Below, piece after piece: positions 1-8,558 of a stretch of 64,000 bases of DNA. The stretch is from Candidatus Blautia intestinavium. Lineage in GTDB: Bacteria > Bacillota > Clostridia > Lachnospirales > Lachnospiraceae. Below the pieces are notes generated by a model. The model did not search any database. It was not told where the DNA came from and was given only the letters and a program-made list of their open reading frames with translations. The first letter of the stretch is position 1. Every line of letters starts with the position of its first letter. A program made the position numbers and the translations under genes. The stretch is taken from assembly GCA_019113745.1 (NCBI GenBank), contig DXGV01000031.1, positions 5,776 to 69,775 of the forward strand, read 5' to 3'.

Positions 1-40
1 ATACGGTTAGACAGGATAAAAGCAGAAGGCAGGAATTTTT

Positions 41-472
41 ATGAAAAAAATAAAAGAACTGATAGTGAGATTTTATGAAAACGACGTGATCCGGTACATC
101 TTTTTCGGCGGCTGCACCACACTGGTGAATCTGGTCGTTTTCTATGTGATGAGAAAACTGGGAACAGGTCTTAATACCGCCAATGTGATCTCGATCATCA
201 CGGCAATCCTTTTTGCCTATGTAGTGAATTCCAGGTTTGTATTTCAGGATAAATGCAGGACGCTGAAAGATCATATCCATCCGTTCTGCAAATTTATCAG
301 CGCCCGCCTTGTCACTATGGTGATCGAAGTGGGCGGAGTGTGGCTTCTGGCAGAAATTCTGCATATGAACGATATGCTGAGTAAATTCCTTACGCAGTTT
401 ATCGTTCTTGTGCTGAACTATATTTTCAGTAAATTTTTTGTGTTTACCACGGGAAAAAGAAGGGAAGGGTAA
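41..472 (+). CDS. GtrA family membrane protein
   Basis: 143 aa, four hydrophobic segments, 'RYIFFGGCTTLVN', 'FAYVVNSRFVF', 'LNYIFSKFFVF' typical of GtrA. Confidence 0.85.
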   Translation: MKKIKELIVRFYENDVIRYIFFGGCTTLVNLVVFYVMRKLGTGLNTANVISIITAILFAYVVNSRFVFQDKCRTLKDHIHPFCKFISARLVTMVIEVGGVWLLAEILHMNDMLSKFLTQFIVLVLNYIFSKFFVFTTGKRREG

Positions 473-477
473 AGTTG

Positions 478-1530
478 ATGACATTAGAGGAAGCAGTAAA
501 GGAAATACGTCCTCTTGACAAAAAAGCAATGGACATTGCGGAAAAAAGATGGAACAGCATTGCCAAGCCGCTCCATTCTCTGGGAAAAATGGAAAAGCTG
601 GTGATCCAGATCGCAGGTATCACAGAAAGCCCGGATATCCAGATCAAAAAGAAGGCGCTGGTGGCCATGTGCGCGGATAACGGCGTGGTGGAAGAGGGCG
701 TTACCCAGACAGGCCAGGAGGTTACGGCTATTGTAGCGGAAAATTTCCTTACAGGGGATACTTCCGCCTGCGTGATGTGCAGACAGTGCGGTACGGACGT
801 ATATCCGGTGGATGTGGGAATGGCGGTGGACACCGGGGTTTCCACAGAATTTAAGGTAAGGTACGGCACCCGCAACATGACAAAAGAACCGGCCATGACA
901 AGAGAAGAGGCTGTAAAGGCAATAGAAGCCGGAATTGAAATGGTTCGCAGATTGAAAGAAAAAGGCTACGGGATTCTTGCTACAGGAGAAATGGGAATTG
1001 GGAACACGACCACAAGCAGCGCCGTGGCTTCCGTCCTTATGAATCGGCCTGTGGAAGAAATGACAGGACGGGGCGCTGGGCTTTCCAGCGATGGACTGAA
1101 AAGAAAGATTCAGGCCATCAAAAAAGCGGTGGAACAAAACCGGCCGGATCCCTCCGATCCGCTGGATGTGCTCTCGAAAGTAGGCGGACTTGATATCGCG
1201 GGACTGGCAGGTGTTTTCCTGGGAGGGGCGGCTTTCCGTATTCCCGTTGTAATGGACGGCTTTATTTCCTGCACGGCGGCCCTGGCGGCTCAGAGGATCT
1301 GCCCGGGTTCCGCGGATTATATGATCGCTTCCCACGTATCAAAGGAGCCTGCGGCGGAGCTGATTCTTAACGCTCTTCAGAAAGAAGCGGTGATCCATGG
1401 GGAAATGTGCCTTGGAGAGGGCAGCGGGGCAGTGGCGCTGTTCCCCTTCCTGGATATGGGAGCGGCGGTTTACCAATCTATGAGTACCTTTGAAGATATT
1501 AAGGTAGACCAGTATAAGGAGCTTGTATAA
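478..1530 (+). CDS. cobT: Nicotinate-nucleotide--dimethylbenzimidazole phosphoribosyltransferase
   Basis: 'KPLHSLG', 'ADNGV', 'GEMGIGNTT', 'LGEGSGA' motifs; cob gene context. Confidence 0.95.
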   Translation: MTLEEAVKEIRPLDKKAMDIAEKRWNSIAKPLHSLGKMEKLVIQIAGITESPDIQIKKKALVAMCADNGVVEEGVTQTGQEVTAIVAENFLTGDTSACVMCRQCGTDVYPVDVGMAVDTGVSTEFKVRYGTRNMTKEPAMTREEAVKAIEAGIEMVRRLKEKGYGILATGEMGIGNTTTSSAVASVLMNRPVEEMTGRGAGLSSDGLKRKIQAIKKAVEQNRPDPSDPLDVLSKVGGLDIAGLAGVFLGGAAFRIPVVMDGFISCTAALAAQRICPGSADYMIASHVSKEPAAELILNALQKEAVIHGEMCLGEGSGAVALFPFLDMGAAVYQSMSTFEDIKVDQYKELV

Positions 1531-2046
1531 ATGGTGATTCTTGTTACAGGAGGAAGCGGAAGCGGAAAATCTGCTTTTGCGGAAAACTGCGTGGTTTCTC
1601 TTGGCGAACAGAAACGGATCTATATCGCCACCATGTATCCCTATGATGAGGAAAGCCGTAAGAGAGTAGCACGCCACAGAAAAATGCGGGCCGGAAAGGG
1701 TTTTGAGACAGTGGAATGTTATACAGGACTTTCCAGAGCGGAGGCGTCGGAGGGATGTACGGTACTTCTGGAATGTATGTCGAATCTTGTAGCAAACGAG
1801 ATCTTTCAGGAGGAAGGAGCCGGAGAACACGCCCTGGAGGAGATAAAAAAAGGAATCCTTGGCCTGAAGAACAGAGCCGCCAATCTTGTGATTGTGACGA
1901 ACGAAATTTTTTCCGAGGCGGCGGTTTACCAGGGTGAAATGAAAACTTATCTTGAATGTCTGGGTAAGATCAACCAGTTTCTGGCAGAAGAGGCGGATCA
2001 GGTGGTGGAAGTGGTTTATGGAATACCGGTATATCATAAATCGTAA
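1531..2046 (+). CDS. cobU: Adenosylcobinamide kinase / cobinamide-phosphate guanylyltransferase
   Basis: N-terminal 'GGSGSGKS' P-loop, 'YIATM', 'RVARHR', 'VTNE', 'VVYGIP'. Confidence 0.9.
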   Translation: MVILVTGGSGSGKSAFAENCVVSLGEQKRIYIATMYPYDEESRKRVARHRKMRAGKGFETVECYTGLSRAEASEGCTVLLECMSNLVANEIFQEEGAGEHALEEIKKGILGLKNRAANLVIVTNEIFSEAAVYQGEMKTYLECLGKINQFLAEEADQVVEVVYGIPVYHKS

Positions 2047-2085
2047 GCCGCTTTTTCCCGTAAGAAAAATAAAAAAGAAACAAAG

Positions 2086-2871
2086 GTGTATTTCGTGAAA
2101 AGTTTATGGAACAGTTTTAAGGTGGCGTTCGCCATGTTTTCAAAAATTCCGGTTCCCCAGGCGGAATGGACAGAAGAGAATATGAAATATATGTTCTGCT
2201 TTTTTCCTTTTATAGGAACCGTTATCGGAGCCGTTTTTATAGGGGTAGATTATCTGGGAGAATGGCTGTCCCTGTCCCCGGGGCTGCACACGGCGCTTCT
2301 TGTTGTGGTTCCGGTGCTGATTACCGGAGGGATCCATGTGGACGGGCTTCTGGATACTGCAGACGCCTTAAGCTCCTGGCAGGAGAGGGAGCGGCGGCTG
2401 GAAATTTTAAAGGACTCCCATGCGGGAGCCTTCGCGGTGATCGCGGGATGCGTTTATTTTCTCTGCTGCTTCGGAGCCTGCAGTCAGATCGCCGGGGACA
2501 AAAAGGCCGTGCTCCTTACGGCGGCGGGTTTTATGGTTTCCCGGTGCTTTTCCGGTATCGGGGTAATGGCGCTTCCGAAGGCGAAAAAAAGCGGGACTGT
2601 GGCGGAATTTTCCCGGAAGGCGGAAAATATTCTGGTAAGGAATACCCTGATCGTTTATTTAATCCTTCTGGCTGTTCTGATGATCTTTATTCAGCCTGTA
2701 GCCGGGGCGGCGGCGTTCCTTTCCTCCTTTGTGATATTTCTTTATTACAGACATGTGGCCATGAAGTATTTTGGGGGAACCACAGGAGATCTTTCCGGAT
2801 TTTTTCTCTGTCTCTGCGAGGCGGGGACGGCACTGGTGATCGCGGTGATATCTGCGGCCATGCATGTGTAA
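2086..2871 (+). CDS. cobS: Adenosylcobinamide-GDP ribazoletransferase (cobalamin synthase)
   Basis: 'TGGIHVDGLLDTADAL', 'ILKDSHAGAF', 'FGGTTGDLSG'; membrane protein. Confidence 0.93.
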   Translation: MYFVKSLWNSFKVAFAMFSKIPVPQAEWTEENMKYMFCFFPFIGTVIGAVFIGVDYLGEWLSLSPGLHTALLVVVPVLITGGIHVDGLLDTADALSSWQERERRLEILKDSHAGAFAVIAGCVYFLCCFGACSQIAGDKKAVLLTAAGFMVSRCFSGIGVMALPKAKKSGTVAEFSRKAENILVRNTLIVYLILLAVLMIFIQPVAGAAAFLSSFVIFLYYRHVAMKYFGGTTGDLSGFFLCLCEAGTALVIAVISAAMHV

Positions 2872-2938
2872 AAGACCGGACGCCGCAGAAGAAATACAGG
2901 ATGTATTTTACGATAAAACGAACGGAGGGGCAGACAAA

Positions 2939-3319
2939 ATGGAAATGATTATCGGAGGAGCATATCAGGGAAAAGCCGCCTATGGAAAGAAAGCATATCC
3001 GGAAATCCTGTGGAAGAATGGAGCGGAGCTTTCCAGGGAAGAATTATTTAAGACGGAGGGAGTCCTGAATTTTCATGAATTTATCCGGAAGGAAATGAAA
3101 GCAGGAAGAGATACGGAGGACCTTGCCCCGGAGCTGATACAGAGAAATCCTGAAGTGATTCTTGTGTCGGACGAGGTAGGATATGGGGTGGTTCCCATAG
3201 ACGCCTTTGACAGAGCCTACAGGGAGAGAGTTGGAAGGATCTGTACGGAGCTGGCTTCCTACAGTAAAAAAGTAGTCCGCGTTGTATGCGGGATCGGGAC
3301 GGTGATAAAAAATGATTAA
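2939..3319 (+). CDS. Short CobU-like paralog
   Basis: 'IIGGAYQGK', 'DEVGYGVVP', 'YRERVGR', 'RVVCGIG'; start moved to ATG 2939 after GGAGG. Confidence 0.8.
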   Translation: MEMIIGGAYQGKAAYGKKAYPEILWKNGAELSREELFKTEGVLNFHEFIRKEMKAGRDTEDLAPELIQRNPEVILVSDEVGYGVVPIDAFDRAYRERVGRICTELASYSKKVVRVVCGIGTVIKND

Positions 3320-3902
3320 AATCTGGCTGATCAGACATGGAATGACGGCGGGAAATCTAAAAGGCAGGTATATCGGAAGAACGGACGAGCATCTTTGCCA
3401 GGAGGGGAAGAAGGCGCTGTCCGAGCTTTCCTATCCTGTTCCGGATGGACTTTTCGTAAGTCCAATGATTCGCTGCCGGGAAACGGCGGAAATTCTGTTT
3501 CCGGGAAAAGATTTCCGGATCATGGATCAGCTTTCAGAAACAGATTTTGGAAATTTTGAGAATAAAAACTACAGAGAGCTGGCAGGGAATCCTGATTATC
3601 AGGCGTGGATCGATAGCGGCGGGAACCTTCCGTTCCCAGGCGGAGAGAGCCGGGAGAACTTTCGAAAGCGAACTCTGGAGGGCTTTCAGAGAGTGATCGC
3701 CATATGTTCCAGGGAAAATCTGCAGTCTGCAGCTCTGATCGTCCATGGCGGAACAATTATGACGCTGATGGAAGCCTGGGGCCGTCCGGAACGGGATTTT
3801 TACAGCTGGCATGTGAAAAACGGCCACTGCTATGTGACTGAGACAGATGAAAAACTCTGGCAGTCCGGCGGAGGTGTACTGGAAGTAAAAGAAGAATATT
3901 GA
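3312..3902 (+). CDS. cobC: Histidine phosphatase, probable alpha-ribazole phosphatase
   Basis: 'LIRHG' and 'VHGG' phosphoglycerate-mutase-family motifs; last gene of cob cluster. Confidence 0.8.
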   Translation: MIKIWLIRHGMTAGNLKGRYIGRTDEHLCQEGKKALSELSYPVPDGLFVSPMIRCRETAEILFPGKDFRIMDQLSETDFGNFENKNYRELAGNPDYQAWIDSGGNLPFPGGESRENFRKRTLEGFQRVIAICSRENLQSAALIVHGGTIMTLMEAWGRPERDFYSWHVKNGHCYVTETDEKLWQSGGGVLEVKEEY

Positions 3903-3912
3903 TCTGCGTGGG

Positions 3913-3952
3913 AAAAGACATCCTCTTTCAGAGAAAAGGGGGTGCTTTTTTT
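3913..3952 (+). terminator. Rho-independent terminator of cob operon
   Basis: CATCCTCTTT/AAAGGGGGTG stem followed by T-run. Confidence 0.75.
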
Positions 3953-3964
3953 ATTTCTTGTCTT

Positions 3965-4038
3965 AATACAAAATTTTTTTGAAAACAAAAATAATTTTGT
4001 ATTTTACTATTGAAAAAGGGATGTAAGTATGGTACATT
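3965..4038 (+). promoter_or_regulatory. sigma-A promoter of ssnA operon with upstream inverted-repeat operator
   Basis: TTGAAA(4010-15)-17 nt-TACATT(4033-38) with TG extension; perfect inverted repeat AATACAAAATT(3965-75)/AATTTTGTATT(3993-4003). Confidence 0.6.
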
Positions 4039-4117
4039 AATAGTATAAAATTCCCAAAAGAAACAGGGGAAGTGCGCCTGAAATTATATGATTTTTACAA
4101 GAAAAGGAGGATGACAT

Positions 4118-5455
4118 ATGCGGATAATCGGAAACGGCAGGATGATCACAAGAGACGCTTCCAACACCTTTATTGAGAACGGTGCGGTGGCTATGGACGG
4201 AAGCGTGATCGTTCAGACAGGAACTACGGAAGAGGTCAGGAAAGCTTATCCTGACGCAGAGTTTATCGACGCAAAAGGCGGAGTGATCATGCCGGCGTTT
4301 ATCAACGCCCACGAGCACATCTATAGCGCTTTTGCCAGAGGACTGAGTATCAAAGGCTATAATCCACAGGGATTCCTGGATATCCTGGACGGGCAGTGGT
4401 GGACCATTGACCGGCACCTGACGCTGGAGCAGACGAAGCTTTCCGCTTACGCCACCTACATTGATTCCATCAAAAACGGCGTAACTACTGTATTCGATCA
4501 TCACGCCAGCTTCGGGCATATCACCGGTTCTCTGAACGCCATCGAGGAGGCCGCGCGGGATCTGGGCATCCGTACCTGTCTCTGCTATGAGATCTCGGAC
4601 AGGGACGGAATGGACAAATCAAAAGAATCTGTAATGGAAAACGTAAACTTTATCAAACACGCCCTTGCGGACGACAGCGATATGATCGCCGCAATGATGG
4701 GAATGCACGCATCCTTCACGATCTCCGATGAAACCATGGAGCTCTGCAATGAGCTGAAGCCGGAGGGCGTGGGATATCATATCCATGTGGCCGAGGGAAT
4801 TTATGACCTCCACCAGTGTCTGAAGGAGCACGGCAAGAGGATCGTTGACCGTCTGTACGACTGGAACATCCTGGGACCGAAGACCCTTCTGGGACACTGC
4901 ATCTATATCAATGAGCACGAAATGGATCTGATCAAAGATACAGACACCATGGTAGTGCATAATCCGGAATCCAACATGGGTAACGCCTGCGGGTGCCCGC
5001 CGACCATGGCGCTGGTACATAAGGGAATCGTTACCGGCCTGGGAACAGACGGCTACACCCACGACATGATGGAATCCTGGAAAGTGGCCAATATTCTCCA
5101 CAAGCATCATCTCTGCGATCCCAACGCGGCCTGGGGAGAGGTTCCCCAGATGCTCTTCGAGGGGAACAGGACGATCGCGAACCGTTACTTTAAGAAAAAA
5201 CTGGGCGTACTGGAACCGGGAGCGGCCGCGGATGTGATCGTGATCGACTATGATCCGCTGACCCCCATGAGAGCGGACAACACCAACGGACACCTTCTGT
5301 TCGGCGTGAACGGCAGCATGGTGCAGACCACTGTCTGCAACGGCGAAGTGCTGATGAAGGACAGAGAACTTCTGGTATGCGACGAGGCGAAGATCATGGC
5401 GGACTGCCGTCAGGCGGCAAAAGAGCTTGCGGACGACATCAATTCCGGAAAATAA
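4118..5455 (+). CDS. ssnA: Putative aminohydrolase SsnA (amidohydrolase family)
   Basis: 'NAHEHIYS' HxH, 'HIHVAEG', 'GLGTDG'; directly upstream of ygfK as in purine-degradation clusters. Confidence 0.9.
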   Translation: MRIIGNGRMITRDASNTFIENGAVAMDGSVIVQTGTTEEVRKAYPDAEFIDAKGGVIMPAFINAHEHIYSAFARGLSIKGYNPQGFLDILDGQWWTIDRHLTLEQTKLSAYATYIDSIKNGVTTVFDHHASFGHITGSLNAIEEAARDLGIRTCLCYEISDRDGMDKSKESVMENVNFIKHALADDSDMIAAMMGMHASFTISDETMELCNELKPEGVGYHIHVAEGIYDLHQCLKEHGKRIVDRLYDWNILGPKTLLGHCIYINEHEMDLIKDTDTMVVHNPESNMGNACGCPPTMALVHKGIVTGLGTDGYTHDMMESWKVANILHKHHLCDPNAAWGEVPQMLFEGNRTIANRYFKKKLGVLEPGAAADVIVIDYDPLTPMRADNTNGHLLFGVNGSMVQTTVCNGEVLMKDRELLVCDEAKIMADCRQAAKELADDINSGK

Positions 5456-5465
5456 GGAGGATATT

Positions 5466-8462
5466 ATGAGCGAAAAAATGACCTGTATGCCTTTCGGGCA
5501 GCTGATGGACTGGGTTCTCACCGAGCACGGGACCAGAGGCACCGTATTCGGCGTACACAGATCCTATAAGGCCGATCCGGCCAGAGATATGGAGATCTTC
5601 GGAAGGAATCTGGAGACTCCCATCGGACCTGCGGCAGGTCCCAATACCCAGCTTGCACAGAATATAGCGGCGTCCTACTTTGCGGGAGCGCGTTTCTTTG
5701 AGCTGAAGACTGTGCAGAAGATGGACGGCGACGAGCTTGCCGCCTGTATCAACCGTCCCTGTATTCTTGCGGAAGACGAATGTTATAACTGCGAGTGGTC
5801 CACAGAGCTTTACGTTCCCCAGGCTATGGGAGAATATATCAAAGCCTGGTTTATGCTCCATGTGATGGCGAAGGAGTTCGGACTGGGCTCAGCCGACGGC
5901 TTCCAGTTTAATATCTCCGTGGGTTACGACCTGGCGGGAATTAAAGAAGAGAAGATCGATACTTTTATCGAAAGCATGAAGGAAGCGAAGGATACGGAAA
6001 TATTCCAGGAGTGCCGCCAGTGGCTCCTGGATCATCTGGACAGATTTAAAAACGTGACCAGAGAGGATATTGAGGCGATCCCTTCCAATATCTGTAATTC
6101 CGCCACGATATCCACGCTTCACGGATGTCCGCCCAATGAGATCGAGAGCATTGCCAACCACCTGTATAAAGAGAAGCACCTGAATACTTTTATCAAGTGT
6201 AATCCTACGCTTCTGGGCTATGAATTCGCCAGAAAGACCATGGACGATATGGGTTACGATTATATGAAGTTCGGAGATTTCCACTTCCTGGACGACCTCC
6301 AGTACAAAGACGCCATCCCCATGTTCCGACGACTGATGGCGCTGGCTGATGAGCTGGGTCTTGCCTTCGGTGTGAAGATCACCAATACCTTCCCGGTGGA
6401 CGTGACCAGAAACGAGCTTCCCAGTGAAGAAATGTATATGTCCGGGAAGGCCCTGTTCCCCCTGTCCATATCTCTGGCGGCGAAGTTGTCCCGGGAATTT
6501 GACGGGAAGCTCAGGATCGCTTACTCCGGCGGAGCGGATTATTTCAACATCGACCGGATCGTAGACTGCGGCGTATGGCCGGTGACGGTTGCCACAACGA
6601 TCCTGAAAACAGGAGGCTACCAGAGATTTTCCCAGATGGCGGAAAAGATCATGGCCAAAGGCGTGAAGCCCTGGACGGGCATCGATGTGGACGCCCTGGA
6701 AAAACTGGCGGAAGACGCGAAGAAAGATAAACATCATTTAAAGAGCATCAAACCGCTTCCCAACCGGAAGAGCAGCGAGGAGGTTCCTCTTCTGAACTGC
6801 TATTTCGCGCCATGTCAGGAAGGATGTCCGATCCATCAGGATATTCCGGAATATATTTCTCTGGCAGGAAAGGGCGATTACGCGGGAGCTCTCAGGGTGA
6901 TCCTGGATAAGAACGCGCTTCCGTTTATCACAGGAACTCTCTGCGCCCACAACTGTATGTACAAGTGTACCAGAAACTTCTATGAGGAATCTGTAAATAT
7001 CAGAGGAACGAAGCTTCTGGCGGCTGAGAAGGGTTACGACGGGGTGATCGGAGAGATCCGTCCGGGAGAAAGCATTGGAAAGAAAGTTGCAGTGGTGGGC
7101 GGAGGTCCGGCGGGAATCGCGGCGGCCTATTTCCTTGCGAGAGCAGGAGCCGCGGTAACCATCTTCGAAAAAGAGGCGAAACCGGGCGGCGTGATCCGCT
7201 ATGTGATCCCCGGATTCCGTATTTCAGACGAGGCGATCGATAAAGATATTTCCTTCATTGAGAAAATGGGCGTGGAGATCCGTACCAATACAGAGATCAC
7301 ATCTGTGGCCGATGTAAAGGCGCAGGGCTACGACGCAGTGATCCTGGCAGTGGGAGCGAACAAACCGGGAACCCTGAAACTTGAGGAAGGGGAGACTGTA
7401 AACGCGCTTAAATTCCTTGCAGACTTCAAGGAAAAGAACGGCAAAGTGGACCTTGGCAGAAATGTTGTGGTGGTAGGCGGAGGAAATACCGCCATGGATA
7501 CCGCCAGAGCCGCGAAGAGGACCGAAGGCGTGGAGAACGTATATCTGGTATACAGAAGAACGAAACGCTACATGCCTGCGGCGGAGGACGAGCTTCTGGA
7601 AGTCCTGGAAGAAGGCGTGGAGTTCAGGGAACTTCTCTCTCCCGTAAGTCTCAGAGACGGAAAACTCCTCTGCAGGAAGATGGTTCTGGGCGAGATGGAC
7701 GCATCCGGAAGAGCCGGCGTGACAGAAACGGAAGAGACCGTGGAAGTTCCGGCTGATACCGTGATCGTGGCTGTGGGCGAAAAAGTTCCCACCGAATTCT
7801 ACCAGTCCATGGATATCAATGTAAACGAACGGGGCAAAGCGAAACTGAATCCGGAAACAATGGAATCCAGCGTGGATAACGTATATCTCATCGGAGACGG
7901 AGCAGGCGGAGCCGCCACGATCGTGGAAGCCATCCGTGACGCACAGAAGGCGGCAAAGGCCATTATCGGAGAAAAGGTGGTTTCCGACCGCGCCGTGACA
8001 GGAACAGAGGAAGAATGCTACGGAAAGAAGGGCGTCCTTAGAGAAGAAAAAGACGCGGAATGCGAGGCGGAGAGATGTCTGAACTGCAGCAAAGTCTGTG
8101 AAAATTGTGTGGACGTATGTCCGAACCGTGCGAATATCTCCATTAAGGTTCCGGGAATGGAAATGGCGCAGGTGATCCATGTGGATTATATGTGCAATGA
8201 ATGCGGAAACTGTAAGACTTTCTGCCCATACGCAAGCGCGCCTTATAAAGACAAGTTCACTCTTTTTGCAAAACCGGAGGATATGGATGAGAGTACCAAC
8301 GACGGATTTGCGGTGGTCAACAGGGAAACCAGAGAGTGTAAGGTACGTTTTCTTGGCAATATGTATGACTGCAAAGCTGACGGCCCGGCAGACAAAGTGC
8401 CGGAAGGACTTCACAGGCTGATGACAGCAGTGATCGATGATTACAGTTATCTGATCATGTAG
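5466..8462 (+). CDS. ygfK: YgfK Fe-S flavoprotein oxidoreductase ('putative selenate reductase subunit')
   Basis: 'GPAAGPNTQLAQNI', 'CYNCEWSTEL', GltD-like FAD/NAD(P) motifs GGGPAG and GGGNTAMD, C-terminal ferredoxin CxxCxxC; start at ATG 5466 after AGGAGG. Confidence 0.93.
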   Translation: MSEKMTCMPFGQLMDWVLTEHGTRGTVFGVHRSYKADPARDMEIFGRNLETPIGPAAGPNTQLAQNIAASYFAGARFFELKTVQKMDGDELAACINRPCILAEDECYNCEWSTELYVPQAMGEYIKAWFMLHVMAKEFGLGSADGFQFNISVGYDLAGIKEEKIDTFIESMKEAKDTEIFQECRQWLLDHLDRFKNVTREDIEAIPSNICNSATISTLHGCPPNEIESIANHLYKEKHLNTFIKCNPTLLGYEFARKTMDDMGYDYMKFGDFHFLDDLQYKDAIPMFRRLMALADELGLAFGVKITNTFPVDVTRNELPSEEMYMSGKALFPLSISLAAKLSREFDGKLRIAYSGGADYFNIDRIVDCGVWPVTVATTILKTGGYQRFSQMAEKIMAKGVKPWTGIDVDALEKLAEDAKKDKHHLKSIKPLPNRKSSEEVPLLNCYFAPCQEGCPIHQDIPEYISLAGKGDYAGALRVILDKNALPFITGTLCAHNCMYKCTRNFYEESVNIRGTKLLAAEKGYDGVIGEIRPGESIGKKVAVVGGGPAGIAAAYFLARAGAAVTIFEKEAKPGGVIRYVIPGFRISDEAIDKDISFIEKMGVEIRTNTEITSVADVKAQGYDAVILAVGANKPGTLKLEEGETVNALKFLADFKEKNGKVDLGRNVVVVGGGNTAMDTARAAKRTEGVENVYLVYRRTKRYMPAAEDELLEVLEEGVEFRELLSPVSLRDGKLLCRKMVLGEMDASGRAGVTETEETVEVPADTVIVAVGEKVPTEFYQSMDINVNERGKAKLNPETMESSVDNVYLIGDGAGGAATIVEAIRDAQKAAKAIIGEKVVSDRAVTGTEEECYGKKGVLREEKDAECEAERCLNCSKVCENCVDVCPNRANISIKVPGMEMAQVIHVDYMCNECGNCKTFCPYASAPYKDKFTLFAKPEDMDESTNDGFAVVNRETRECKVRFLGNMYDCKADGPADKVPEGLHRLMTAVIDDYSYLIM

Positions 8463-8558
8463 AAAAATGTGATGTCTGCAGAAACGGCAGACAGAAACAG
8501 GTTTAAGCAACGGGATCCGGGAAAACCGGATCCCGTTCAGAAAGGAGGCGGATCCTTC